Positions 1 through 13,574 are shown, numbered from the stretch's first letter. The stretch: DNA of 64,000 nucleotides from Octopus sinensis (GCF_006345805.1 NC_043000.1:84692001-84756000); one strand, 5' to 3'. Notes: generated from the sequence alone by a model not told the origin. Numbers and translations: made by a program.

Positions 1-261
1 TTGTATTTGTGTAACATTGTCCGTTTTTTTCCGTCCTTGTTTTTGTATACTTTCTCAGTTTTGTTCCAAAGAATCTAATGCTCTTAGCTTAGCTGGCCAG
101 ATTCGAGCAATCTCGAGTATAACCAGCCGAAATTGCAAAGATAATCTGGAACTCGACTGAGGAAGAACACTCCAAATGACCGTCCTTGTTTTCTTTGTAT
201 CGTCTATCTGGATATTTAGTTGACCCTTTTTTTGTATAATATATATATATATAATATATAT

Positions 262-300
<39 letters not shown>

Positions 301-516
301 TTCTCTCAATCTGTCTCTCTTTCTCTGTGTCCGTGTGTGTAGTGGCTACTTTGATATGTGCGTCTTCTTTCTCTTTATACATATACCTCTCTATTACCTG
401 ACCTGTTTCTATATTTTCACACTTGCTCCTCATTTACTTAACTATTCCTTTATCTCTTGTCTTTCTTTAATTCCTGTTAAGCCTTCCCTCGGCTGTCTCT
501 CCCGATCTCTCTCTCC

Positions 517-548
<32 letters not shown>

Positions 549-1175
549 TCTCTCCTATCTCTCTCCCTCTTTCACTATGGCTCCCACTCTTCATATATCA
601 TTCTTTGTCTTAATTTCAATACAATATTCCAGATTTTCTTTTTCCTACTTCCTTCCTTATTTAATAATCTCTAAGTCCCCCCATCTTCCTACTCTCCTCT
701 CACGCTAATCTTCCGCCCTTCCATCCACCCTTTTCTCACCTTAATCTACGTTTGTCCTCATTCCACGCCTAAACTATGTAAAATCTCACACTTTTATAAA
801 AAAAAAATCATCATCATCATCAGTCTCTTCATCATTGTGGTCGTCGTCGTCGTCGGTATCAACATTTCATAACTTCAGTATTTCTGTAATTTCTCTTCAT
901 GTGAATAAATGATGTGTGTGTTTGCATATAACGCAGACACACACATATATACATACATTAATATATGTGCGTGTATTTATGTATGCGTATGTATGTATAT
1001 GTGTGTGTGTATTTATGTATGCCTATGTATATATCTATACACATATATATACATATACATACACACACACACAGATATATATATAATTACATATATATGT
1101 GTGTATGTATATATGGATTGATACAGATAGATAGATAGATAGATAGATATATAGATAGGTAGGTAGGTAGGTAGG

Positions 1176-1214
<39 letters not shown>

Positions 1215-1783
1215 GTAGGTAGGTAGGTAGGTAGGTAGGTAGGTAGGTAGGTAGGTAGGTAGGTAGGTAGGTTGATAGGTAGGTCGGTATATAGATAGAT
1301 AGATACATACATACATACATATATACATACATACATACATACATACATACATACACACACACACATACATACATACATACATACATACATACACACATAC
1401 ATACATACATAAATAGATAGATAGATAGATATTTTTATCATTATAAATATCTATACATATTCGCACAAGTATGCACACGTTCAAATATAAAACTATTGTG
1501 CGGTTATAAATGAATGGTATGCATATACGCATGCATAAACCCCCACATATATACCGATTCCAAAATACACATCCCTATACACGCCTGTGGCAATTCTTAA
1601 CTCAACCTCATTTCCCCTCACCGCATTCTTACAGCTATACACCCCCACCCACTCACGAAGGATATCATTTCTGCCTCAAATACTCTTCCGTTTAATCCTA
1701 TCCTAATTTTATTCAGTTTATTGTCAATACATAACATGTTTTCCGTGCCATCTGTAACACCCGCTAGAAATAGCAGCCAACAG

Positions 1784-1820
<37 letters not shown>

Positions 1821-2502
1821 CCTCACACACACACACACAAATCCCATATTATCAGCCTACAAAGAAAAGGAAGCATAATTTAGATAATGCAAACCAAAGA
1901 GTATCGTGTTTGAAAAGAATATACGCTGAGTACGGGTATCTTTGGACATTGGCCTACTCGGTTAAATTTCATCTAGGACTAAGCAACCGTAACAATATTT
2001 ATCAAGCGAGAAACTAATGTGCCACATTAGTTCTTTCTACTATAGTCACGAGACCTGAAATTCTGCATGGCACGTACTTATTTTATCGACCCCGAAATGA
2101 TAAAAGGCAAAGTCGACCTTAGTGGAATTTCAACTCGCAACGTAAAGTGTCGGAAGAAATACTGCAAAGAATTTTGTCCGACGCGCTAACGATAACAGCT
2201 AGTTGAGGTGTAAGTGAAGTAATAATACAAGAAGTATAACAACAAGTACATTGCGTTAGCATATACCAGGATAGGCACATGTCGATATACATGGATATAC
2301 ATGGATGATTGAGTCATAGAAAGAGTACAGGAGTAAGCCGACACGCATGCATGATATGGTTACAGTTAAAGTATAGGCGTATGTCGATACACATGAATGA
2401 TCAGAGTGAGAGACATATGTGAATAACATGGTCAGACTGGGACATAGTCACGTGTCATTACATATAAATGATAGTGTCAGAGTGGTATATAGGTACATAT
2501 TA

Positions 2503-2532
<30 letters not shown>

Positions 2533-2533
<1 letters not shown>

Positions 2534-2780
2534 TTCGTTTTTGAATTTGGTTTGCAAGATTCTTTATATGAGTTCGTGTGTTGAAGCATGTTCTGTTGTG
2601 TCTGGGGAGAGTCATTTTCTTTTTGTGCCTTATAATTTAACACACTCACCGGTAAAATTTCCACTTATTTCTTATTTTTATTTTCCTAAAATTTTCGTTG
2701 CGTCTTGCAACCTTTTCAATAGTCCTAACTCTGTCTGTTATTTACACTGCATTCCTTTTTGTTTGTTTGTGCGCATGTGA
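2533..2780 (-). mobile_element. PLE-type terminal repeat fragment (family also at about 39318-39530 and 63270-63405)
   Basis: The same roughly 150-bp sequence (GAGTTCGTGTGTTGAAGCAT...GGGGAGAGTCATTTTC...AACACACTCACCG) recurs three times, each next to (TA)n or TATG-type microsatellite. This copy carries an HHR-like fold. Confidence 0.55.
2686..2722 (-). ncRNA. Minimal type I hammerhead-like fold, U3-A8 core variant
   Basis: Minus strand: CTA-TTGAAAA-G-GTTGC(AAGAC)GCAAC-GAA-AATT-T-TAG. Stem I is 3 bp, stem II is 5 bp with one extra G, stem III is the palindrome AATT, and the triplet is UUU. Confidence 0.45.
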
Positions 2781-2781
2781 C

Positions 2782-3200
2782 AAGGGCATTATACAAATTC
2801 AGTGGATTCCCAAAGAGTACTTTCTGGAGGTTTTAAGGGTGTTCAGAAAGAGATTTCTTCGGAAAAAGGCCAAAGCACCAGCACCAGAACAATGCATCAC
2901 TCCACAATTCCATCCTGGTAAACAACTACATGTGAGAAATGGGCATCAAAACTGTCACTCGCCCACCTCACAGCCCAGACTTTTCTCGCTGTGACTTTTG
3001 GTTGATCCCCGAGCTGACAAAAACGATAGAGGAGGCTGGTACAAGGGTCTTTGAGGACATTTATGGAGCATTCGCCAAGTGGCTGGAGCTCTACAACGGC
3101 ATTTAAGTCAAAGGATCATTCTTTGAAAGAGATTAGAGTTTTATATTTCTTTGAAATAAATAAATGTCTTAAAAGTTTCAAAACTAATGCAAAACGTTAT
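2782..3200 (+). mobile_element. Mariner (DD34D) transposase C-terminal remnant
   Basis: Translation QNNASLHNSILVNNYM*EMGIKTVTRPPHSPDFSRCDFWLIPEL resembles QDNAPxH...HPPYSPDLAPCDF. There are 34 residues between codon 2888 and Asp 2993. Stops and frameshifts are present. Confidence 0.85.
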
Positions 3201-3969
3201 ATGTTTACCAAGTATATTATTATACCAAGTAAACTGTTAATGGATTGGTAAAATGTTAACAGTTTGTATCCCATTAAGAAAATTGTAGCATCCTACCAGC
3301 AAATCACTTAAATACCATTGTCACAGTATATCTATAAATATATGTGTATATGTAAGTATGCATGTGTGTTTGCACGCGCGCGTCTGTGTGTCTGGCACAG
3401 AGTGGGATTACTCTCAGTTGGAAACAGCGTAAGTGAAGAGCGTTGAGTACGTCTATTCCAAGAAAACAACATAGCTCCCATTTCTCCTAGTGGGATATAA
3501 TTTTATCTGCAAGCATCCACGTATGCCTAGATAAAATATCACGAAACGAATCCAGTATACTCCCTCTAGATACCCTACCAACTAAATATTCCCCAGAACT
3601 GGGTATATATTCATGTTAACTCTGGAATACAATGTAAAATATTCCGGATTTTATATTCATTTTTGAAAGTTATTTTCACACTAAAGACACAGAAACAAAA
3701 ATACATTTTTAATTTATCTTTCATATAAAACTTGAAAAAGTCGACAGAGAACTTTGATTTTTATTTCTTCAACCTTTTATCATAACAAAAAATAAAGGAA
3801 GACGCCTTATCTTTCTTAAGCCTCTCTTGATAAGAAGCATAGCTATGGAAATAGAATCTGATGTCTGCTGTAGAATTTCAAAAAATAAAGAATCTGATTA
3901 TGTCCCTATAATTTTATGTGCAGAACACAAAAGATAAATTGAAGAAAAAAAGGGGTTCCATAAATGGTA

Positions 3970-4730
3970 AGCTATAAAAATACTGACGAATATTTGTTTT
4001 TAATTATTGTCTTCTATCATTTTACTTAATGAATTAGAAGGTGTGGCTTATTGGTTAGGCCATTACGCTCGTGATCGAAAGATTGTGGCTTCGATTTCTG
4101 GACCGGGTGATGCTTTGTTTTTGTGCAAAATACTTCATTCTCCGTTGGTTCAAGTGCACTCGGCTTGCAAAAATGAGTGCTCCATGATGGACTGGCGTCT
4201 TGTCCAGGCAGGGAGTGAATATAAACACCACAGAATCCATGAAACCGCCCTTATATGGCGGGAAGGGCTACAGACCCTATATTTCATTCTCTCTAATGCT
4301 GGTTGGATATCCCCCATATTTGCATATAAATAGAAGTTATAAAAATACTGACAAGTATTTGTTTTTAATAGATTATCGTCTATCATTCTATCTAATGAAT
4401 TAGAAGAAGTGGCTCAGTAGTCAGAGTATTGTGGTTTCGACTCCTGAACCGTGCGATGCTTTATGTTCTTGAACAAAACACTTCAGTTCACGTCGTTTGA
4501 GTCCACTCAGCTAGCAGAAATGGGAGCACCTGCGACGGAGAAGCGTCCTGTCCAAGGAACAACGTGGAATGAAGTTGAATGACTGAAGTGGCATGAAGTC
4601 GAACAACGTGGAACGAAATGTTTTGCACAAATACTAATATATACCACAGAGTCCGGAAAACCGACGTTATGATCTTTCTTCTTTTTATTTTAACTAATTT
4701 TGGTTGGATATCCTCCATATTTGCAGATAT
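3970..4730 (+). repeat. Old tandem duplication (about 365-bp unit), each unit containing a degenerate tRNA-SINE head
   Basis: Both units start AAG(C/T)TATAAAAATACTGAC and end GGTTGGATATCC(C/T)CCATATTTGCA. Confidence 0.7.
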
Positions 4731-5327
4731 CAAGTACTACTCTATTGCGAGTCCTGTCGAGCCTGATAACGTGTCATCCTTGAAAACAAAGAAATATCAG
4801 TGTGATTTGGAAGTCATGTTCATGACAACCCAATTATTTGCCCGCCTTTATCTATACTTTTATTTGATATAGTTGATGCATTCCTTTGTCAATAGTTTCT
4901 GTCCCACCGGAACATAATACGTACTTCTTAATCTAAAGTGTTTGGCTGCGTTTGAGGAAAAACAGGTCATTATGAAGAGCTTTATAATGGTTCGGTGACA
5001 TGTGTATAACTACTATTGCCAGTAGCACAAATCAAAAAGTTGGGTTCAAATGTGACAGACGATGGAATAAACCACTGTTTATGACTGGTATCTTAATCTA
5101 TGAACTCCATAAGAATGAAGGTCGAAGTCATTAAATTATCCGACGCCCTACAGTTTAGTTCAATCCACCACGCTATGTATATAGCGTAATATGAAGATTA
5201 CTCAATAGCTAAAGTAACGCATGCGCACATATACACTTACATTCAGCTGGACATACTTGCACTCTTACAGATGCATTAATACACAAAAATAAACATTATG
5301 TTGGACAGCCAAATATTGATAGATTAT

Positions 5328-5398
5328 TTATGTATGTATGTATGTATGTATGTATGTATGTAGTATGTATGTATGTAGTATGTATGTATGTATCTATG

Positions 5399-5470
<72 letters not shown>

Positions 5471-5797
5471 TATATAGATATATATAGATATAGATATAGA
5501 TATATTTATGTATATGAATATGCATATATATGTGTATATATATATATATATATTATATATATATATTTATATATATATATATAAGTATATATATATACAT
5601 ATATATAATTACATATATATTTATATATATTATATAAATGTATAATATATATATGTATATATGTGTTAGTATTTATGTGTAAGTATACGAATATATATAT
5701 ATATATATATATATATACTTGTATATATATATATATATATACTTGTATATATATATACTTGTATATATACATATATATATACGTATATATATATATA

Positions 5798-5865
<68 letters not shown>

Positions 5866-5890
5866 GTGTGTGTGTGTGTGTGTGTGTGTA
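5328..5890. repeat. (TATG)n/(TA)n/(TG)n compound microsatellite
   Basis: Directly visible. Confidence 0.98.
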
Positions 5891-6272
5891 CAAAGAGAGA
5901 GAGACAGTGAGAGATCACAAAAAGCGTTCTATTTACACTGTTGGTAGCACAAAGTGAAATGTGTGAATATTAAAAAACATCACCAATCGTTCTCTCTGTT
6001 AATTCTAACACAGATGCAAACCTCTGAAGTAAAACATTCAATTTGCTGAAAATACATTAAGGAAAAAAGGAAACGTGAAAAACCTTTTATAACCTTTTGC
6101 GGTCGGTAATGTAATAGCATCGGGTATTCTAAGAGCTAGAATTTCACAAGAACAAGTGAGGAGAACGGGTTGACTTTATGATTATTGCTTTTGTTGTTGT
6201 TGTTGTTGTTGTCGTCTTCATCGTTTATCATTATTATTGTTATTATTATTAGAATTATTTTCGTTGTTGTTG

Positions 6273-6342
<70 letters not shown>

Positions 6343-7222
6343 GCTTGACTTTTGCTTTGTATTTGTACAAGTTGACTCGAAGTCACACCCAGAGACCTCA
6401 AGAGACAACAAGTTAGAAGTTCAAGTTGGTATTATGACTAGGGTGCCATAAATTTGGTTTTGCACAAAGTACTGTACCAGAGAATACTTAAGAAAACAAG
6501 AAAATTATAAGTTTGTTTTAAAATCTGGGATTGCATAGCCAGTATTTTACGTAGGATATGGGCAGTTCCCATAAGCACTATTTCTTTGAATTTCTGCCAT
6601 TTTTGGATTTCCTGGTATGTGAGCGAGGTAACAATCAGCTCCTTTTGCTGTAGTTTAGTCTTGAGGTTCCACATTTTGTCAATTTATATTTCAAGATCTT
6701 TATACTTGCTCAGTTTTTGGTAGGTCTCGATAGATACATTTATATAGATGAGGAGGCCTGATTTTTGTCTGAAGTACTTGAATATAATGTCTGACCTATT
6801 CGCCTCTATCTTTCTATCAGTTTGAACGGTGAAGTTCCAGAGGAGTGAGATGTAATCCTTTTCAAGCACTGGAGGTGGTTTGTGTTCCCACCATTTATAT
6901 CATGGGGCTGGTCCAAGTTTTTTCAAATTACCTAGTGAATCTAATGTGCTGTTCTATCATACCTGTTGAGGCTGCACAGGAAGACAACATGATCGTTGGT
7001 CTCATTTCAATGTTTACATACACGACATGTAGGGCTACTGCCGTTCTTTAATATGTTAGTCTGGTAGCTCCTTAAAGGTAAGCATTGATCTTGGACTGCT
7101 ATGATAAACCCTTCTCCCTCTGATTTTAAGCCAACGCTCTAACTATTGATGAGGTAAGGGCTTTGTCAACATCGGCATTATTAGCTCTCTTTGGGTATTT
7201 GCCACTGAGTGGTTTTCCTTCC
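6343..7222 (-). mobile_element. R4/Dong-like non-LTR retrotransposon 3' fragment (restriction-like endonuclease)
   Basis: Translations GLKSEGEGFIIAVQDQCLP, LLWNFTVQTDRKIEANRSDII..KYKDLEI and EIVLMGTAHILRKILAM. The 3' end abuts (TAA)n at about 6186-6342. Confidence 0.85.
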
Positions 7223-7277
7223 CGTTTATCATCATTATTATTATTATTACCATCATCATCATCATCATCATTATTAA

Positions 7278-7680
7278 GGCGGCGAGCTGGTGGAATCGTT
7301 AGCACGCCGGGAAAAATGTGTAGCCGTATTTCGTCTGCCGTTACGTTCTGAGTTCAAATTCCGCCGAGATAGACTTTGCCTGTCATCGTTTCGGGGTCGA
7401 TAAATTAAGTACCAGTTACGCACTGGGGTCGATATAATCGATTTAACCTGTTTGTCTGTCCTTGTTTGTCCTCTCTATGTTTAGCGCCTTATGGGTAGTA
7501 AAGAAATAGGTATTTCGTCTGTCGCTACGTTCTGAGTTCAAATTCCACCTAGGTCGACTTTGCCCTTCATCCTTTCGGGTTCGATTAAATACGTACTAGT
7601 TACGCACTGGGGTTGATGTAATCGACTTAATCCCTTCCCCCAGATTTCATGCCTTGTGCCTACAGTAGAAAGGATTATTA
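7278..7680 (+). mobile_element. tRNA-derived SINE family A, composite form (head plus two bodies), (ATT)n tail
   Basis: GGCGGCGAGCTGG A-box-like head, GAGTTCAAATTCC B box, and body GTCGACTTTGCCTTTCATCCTTTCGGGGTCGATAAA-like present twice. Confidence 0.85.
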
Positions 7681-7744
<64 letters not shown>

Positions 7745-7745
<1 letters not shown>

Positions 7746-8900
7746 TCCTAGCTGGCTTGCTACCTGCAGCCTGCGGTACCATGCTATCCGTTCTTTTCAG
7801 CTACCTAATACCTTCCTGGCTATTCTGGCCATGCCAAGGTGGCAAGCCTTTTGTAATAGTTCTACTGGGCACTCTATTCCAATTTCCGTTATATTTCACT
7901 TGATGCCTTCTGACACTGCTCCTAAAGACCCAATAATGATTGGCACTATTTTCACCTTCATTTTCCATAGCCGGGCTATTTCGTACTTAAGGAGGTTGTA
8001 TTTATCTATCTTTTCGCTCTCTTTCTTTCGTGGGTTAAAGGGGCATGCAACAACTATATAGCATATGTGGTGCACCTTGTCTACCATGATGAGGTCTGAT
8101 CTGTTATGTTTTAGCACCTGATCTGTTTGGATTGGGAAATACCAATGTATTTTGTTAGTCTCAGACTCCACCGCCATCTGAGTTGTGTGCTCATACCACG
8201 TCTTGCTTCTCTCTAGCCCCCACTTTTCGCACAGTTTCCAAAACCATCTTGTAGTGGCTTTGGGAAAGTCTAGGGCATTCGTTTGTGAAATGGGCAATGG
8301 TTTTCATCACTCTTTGCAGATGCGCATTCCTAAGGTTGACCCTCCAGTTCGTGGCCAAAGCTTGGTCTTGCGCTGCCAGTATAGTGCTCTCGGTCTCTTT
8401 TTTTAGTGTTCCTTTCATCAGCTAATTCCACCTATTTTCCCGCAATTTCTGTTGTGGCAATATGAAATTGATAGTGTAGTCCCTTCTTGCGTAATTCTTC
8501 TTCATGCTCTTTTTGTACTTCTTCCTTTGTTTTTCCTTTTTTTTTCTCTGCTTTCAATACCCCTGCAACTAGCAAGGTTTCCTTAGTTTGGGCTAGGTAA
8601 CTCATCAAACTCTCGAGTTCGATATGCACGCAATCTTCCACACTTATCAGTCCTCTTTCTCCATTTGAGCAAGTAAAGGTTAAAATAAATTCAAATGAAT
8701 TAAAGGCAATAAAGGAGATTGTAATGTCCTGATTGAGGAAATGGAGTCGGAGTTGTGAAGCACCCAAATCGTAGACTACTCGTCAAAAACATAACACAAA
8801 CAGTATGTGAACTATTCATAAGCATGAGACATTTCTTGTCCATTCCGTCAGTAATTATGTTTCAAGTACCTTCATATATGACAATTCTGAATGTTGTGAA
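7745..8900 (-). mobile_element. R4/Dong-like non-LTR retrotransposon 3' fragment
   Basis: Translations GERGLISVEDCV, LKKETESTILAAQDQAL, and IQTDQVLKHNRSDLIMVDK..VACPFNPRKKESEKIDKYNLLKYEIARLWKMKVKIVPIIIGSLG (PD-D/ExK type endonuclease). Frameshifted. The 3' end abuts (TAA)n. Confidence 0.9.
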
Positions 8901-10042
8901 ATGCTTCACGAGATGCTCTGGCTCAAACTTAGTTGTTTGGTTCCCACCCATGTGTAACTGAGTTACCTACCTGTATTTCATGTTGTAAAGAATAATATCT
9001 TGTTTTAATTATTATGCTTTATATAATTTTCTAATTTGTCTTCAAACTTTAAAAATGTTAATATGTTTATTGTATACAATGTTCATTCTTCTTTTTATAA
9101 TTCTTTTTCTTGTCCAACTCCCCATATTTTGTAGTCACATATTTTAACATCTTAGTACGTATGTGTATGTGTGAATGTATGAAACAGTGCATGAATGTGT
9201 GTATGCATGAATGAATGAATGTATGTATGTATGTATGTATGTATATTTGTATGTATGTATGTATGTATGTATGTATGTATGTATGTATGTATGTAGTATG
9301 TATGTATGTATGTATGTATGCATGCATGTATGTATGTTACCTGAGTTACCTTCTCCTAGAAGGATGCCCTAACAAAGGCTAGGAGTCCTTCACGCCCAAT
9401 GGTTTAACCGCGCGATCGGGTATTCAGTCCGATTATTTCTATGTCCCCACGCATGATACAGCCTTAAGCCTTAAGAAAAAAAATGAAAAAAACACAAATT
9501 TATTGGATGGCCGTTGACTCTCAAGAGTTCCTCCACCCTTTGACGGGTTTTGTTTTTCATCCCGCAGGGTGTCCAATAAACACCCTCCTCACCAAGCAAG
9601 CTTGGTGGGGCTACCAGTTTAGTCGCCGACGACTCGACCATGCAACAGGTTGCTCTGGGTTACATGTTACCAGTAGCACTCGAAAGTGACCTGCCATACA
9701 AAAAAATACAGTTATATGTACAATCAAAAGATGTAAGGATACAATGGTTGGTGAAGAAGAAAGTATGATTTAAATTCGCTTTGTATATATATTTGTGTGC
9801 TGTGCGTGCTGATATATAAAACTGTGTGTATGGGTTTTCTAGAAAAAACTGTGTGTATGATTTTTCTAGAATTCGGGATGTACTTACAGATATCTTTACG
9901 AAGTAGAATGTCGTGTTTTCGATCGTGGTTGCTACACATGGTAACACAGATTTACGACAAGAAGACACAGTTATTTTCTTTTTTGTAGAATCATTAAAGG
10001 TACTATTCCAATATCCAAGGAATGCATATATATAGAGGATAG

Positions 10043-10547
10043 CCAAGGATAGCCAAGGATAGAAGCAAACCTGACTATCCATGTACCAAAAAGGATAGAA
10101 ACAGACAGCGCACACAAATGTGTAAATTCCACCTGAAAGGTGTCTGCTGGCATAGAGAAGAAGGTGCAGGCTGCCGTTTTGCACATCAAAGACCCTGCCA
10201 CATAAACACGAAACAGGTCAGAAACCAACTACCAAAAGGAAAAGGAATGGCCCACGCACCACCTGCCCCAAAACGGAGGTACGCAGATGTGGTGCGTGCT
10301 ACAAACTGCCAACATGTTATTGAAAGGGCAGCTGCTGAACAAGAATCTTTTTTGTGCATGGCACAAAAGATTGTACAGCAGCTAACCTGGCTCCATCAAA
10401 CTCAAACTCGCAGATGGGACTATCCACAATACACAAGACCGCCACAGCAATTAGACCCAAGGTGGACACCGCCGGCAACAGCATACACCTCACCTCGATG
10501 CTCCTACTGAACATCAGAGGACTGCTAACACTCAGTAATAGGACGAA
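10043..10547 (+). mobile_element. LINE ORF1 3' part with CCCH zinc finger overlapping the start of an APE-type ORF2
   Basis: CKFHLKGVCWHREEGAGCRFAH is C-x7-C-x8-C-x3-H. The ORF ends at 10510, overlapping MLLLNIRGLLTLSNRTK, which resembles an APE N-terminal NxRGL motif. Confidence 0.55.
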
Positions 10548-10714
10548 AACGTCTGTGTATATATTTTCTGTTTTTCCCTTCTTTGTATTTCAGATGGTTT
10601 TTCTTTAAATATGTCTTGTTACGTTTTCATTCAAAAGTTATTCAGATAATGATTTGATTTGATTTTATTATTTCGTTCCGATTCAAAAATTGCAGCTAAT
10701 TTCAAATTTCGTAA

Positions 10715-11458
10715 AATCCAAGGCTCTCGGTGTGTAAGTATAGAAGCTCTTGTGTTAAAGCAAAGGCTCAGATGGAGTGGTCATCTGGTCAGAATGAAGG
10801 ATTCAAGGATGCCAAAACAACTCTTTTATGGAGAGTTAGCTAAAGGAGAACGACCTCCGCATAAACCATAAAAGAGGTATAAGGACTTGCTGAAGGCTTC
10901 CTTAAGAGATGCTTGCATCTCTCCTGACACATGGGAAGGCATAGCTATTGATCGTAGCAGGTGGAGAAGTATTGTGCATGAGGGGACAGCCACGTTTGAG
11001 AAATCTCGAGTTGCACATGAGAAAGTAAGGAGGGATGTCAGGAAGGGCATCGATGTTACACTTCCAGAAGGGAAGGGTCTTCCTTTGATTCTGACATGCA
11101 ATGTCTGTGCAAGACCCTGCCTCAGTAAAGCTGGACTCATGAGTCATCTCCGTAGTCATAAAACGAGACAGATGAGTGACAACCTGGCCACTGGTGGTGG
11201 TGTAACACACCATACTAATCATATCTGTCGGGCATGTGGAAGAGAGTGTAATTCGCCAGGAGGATTTAAACGAAATGCAAAGGTACATGAAGCCCAGTTA
11301 CAACTACAGCCGGCTATTACCAGTAAAGGTCTTAGTTGCCAATTTTGTACAAGACATTGTAGATCTTTAGCTGGGCTAAAAAGTCACATTCGATCACAGC
11401 ACCAGTAACAGTTAAGCTTCGTGCAATGGCCATACTCGATAACGAGAGGGCAGCCATA
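10715..11458 (+). mobile_element. RTE-clade LINE 3' end with three C-terminal C2H2-type fingers and a (TATG)n tail
   Basis: RLRWSGHLVRMKDSRMPKQLFYGEL..P*KRYKDLLK..WEGIAIDRSRWR is the RTE thumb/C-terminus. Fingers: CNVC..HLRSH, CRAC..NAKVH, CQFC..HIRSQH. One in-frame stop at 10869-10871. Confidence 0.9.
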
Positions 11459-12080
11459 ATGTATGTATGTATGTATGTATGTATGTATGAATGTGTGTAT
11501 GAATGAATGTATGTGTGTATGTATGTATGAATAAATAAATGTATGTATTTATATATGTATGCATGTAAGTATGTATGTATTATGTATGTACTATGTATGT
11601 ATGTATGTATTTATGTATGTATGTATGTATTTATGTATGTATGTATGTATGTATGTATGTATCTATGTATGTATCTATGTATGTATGTATGTATGTATCT
11701 ATGTATGTACACTGGTGTGCGGGCGTGTTAGACTCACGATTGAAAGATTCTGGTTTCCATTCTTGGACACTTTATTTCACGTTACTCTGGTCCACTAGGC
11801 TGGCAAGAATGAGTGCTCTTCCAACGGAACGGTGTCCCGCCCAAGGGTGAGTGAAAGATACACGCCACAGAATCCTGGAAATCGGACTTATGAGCCTGTG
11901 GGTTGGGAAGCACCTTGAATCTTCCTTTTTTAGCTACGTAGGCAGGCAGGTAGGTAGGTAGGTAGGTAGGTAGGTAGGTAGGTAGGTAGGTAGTAGGTAG
12001 GTAGGTAGGTAGGTAGGTAGGTAGGTAGGTAGGTGGGCAGGTGTGAGGTCATGTGTAATAAAGCTAGCTTCATTCGGTTT

Positions 12081-12290
12081 CTGGTCAATCTAGATCAATC
12101 AAAATCTTTCGACTGGTTCGGCCATCGATACCCAGCGGCTTTGAAGAGTACAGTCTGTTTCGTCCTGTTTGCGAAGATTTGATCTCTTTCATGTACAACA
12201 GCAACTGTTCGTGGCTCAGACTAAATAATCTAAAAGAGGTCAGTCGCCTCCCGTAACCGTTTCGAATAACATTCATGGGTACCTTTCCCA
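12081..12290 (+). mobile_element. Tx1/L1-like reverse transcriptase remnant
   Basis: LVNLDQSKSFDWFGHRY resembles the LDQxKAFDRVDH RT motif. Decayed downstream. Confidence 0.55.
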
Positions 12291-13157
12291 TTGCTTCAGT
12301 ACATTTTAAGCTTTTGAGTCTCTGCTGTGGAGGCTAGAAGATTTGAGACGTATACTACTGGAACTGATAACTCAGATATAATATGGCTCAAATCAGCAAT
12401 CGCGATAATATGCTCAGAACAGGAGGAATTGAAATTATGGGGGATACATATACTTGTATGGAAGGGAGTAGTATATGTGTCTCCTGTCCATACCAGCTTT
12501 AAGATTATAGCTTCAGAACTCTTTCATTCACGTAATTTCTAGTTTCTGTGTGTCAACGTTTCTCGTCCAAACGTCTTGTCTTGACAATTTATCGATCTAT
12601 GTCTTTTTATTCGTTAAGACGGTAGAATATTATATAAAATGGATTTGCCTATCACTTTGTGTAGGCTGTATAAGCACGTTTAGGTTACTCGTTGGTTCAG
12701 ACTATTTATAGCAATAGTATTATATGGCTTTCTTTCATTTTGTAAATTATATTTCTAACACCAGAATTTTTGCTTGTCGCCTGTGTTCTTTCTATTTTTA
12801 CTTTTTCGTATTTTTTTTAACTCTTATAATTTTCTTTACCAATTTCCTCCATAATGGTGAAGACAATCTTTCCTATTACATTTCCAGCAAAGATCTACAT
12901 CTTTTTAAAGCAAATATTTTTTTATTTATCAACTATTTTCTCACATTTATTTTCTTCTACACCAACAGCATGTACCTGATTTTGTTGCCTTTACATATAC
13001 ACTTACACACATGCACAAATACATACACACACTTGCGATGCACGCGTGCACAGATAAATATACAAATGTATGTGCGCGTTGTGTATAGGATGCGTGTTTG
13101 TGTGTGCTCACGCGCTCACATATGCATGTGCATATTCATATTTGAATGTGTATGTGT

Positions 13158-13212
<55 letters not shown>

Positions 13213-13259
13213 CGCACAACACACACACACAGATATGTATTTATATATAAGTATACAAT

Positions 13260-13309
<50 letters not shown>

Positions 13310-13490
13310 TTAATAAGGGTGAGAGAATTAGATACTAATTTAATAGTATATCTATTCAACACCAAGTGGCCTAGTGCTCCGAGAAACCTGGATTATTATA
13401 ATATTTTATAATATATTATAATATTTTTACAAAATAATATAAGAGAGTGGTCACTATATGGCTCACTCTAGCACTAGTTAATCCAAAGAG

Positions 13491-13574
13491 TTTTGGCTGA
13501 CGAGCTACAAGTGGATTTTTTTTTGTAAGTAAAATTACATTTAATTCATTAATAGCGAAACAATTGTCCCAAAA
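13491..13574 (+). ncRNA. Type I hammerhead ribozyme (canonical core)
   Basis: TTTTGG-CTGACGA-GCTA..TAGC-GAA-ACAATTGT-C-CCAAAA. Stem I is 6 bp, stem II closes with G-C, stem III is palindromic, GUC site at 13566-13568. Confidence 0.9.

Noticed and set aside
1-240. Repeat-like block with CTGG/CCAG stem followed by CCGAAATTGCAA and a separate CTGAGGA
   Set aside because: No CUGANGA-like core in register with stem II, and the CTGAGGA has no downstream GAAA. Possibly a pLTR fragment, but not supportable as an HHR.
3970-4030. CTGACGA motif
   Set aside because: No stem II or GAAA partner.
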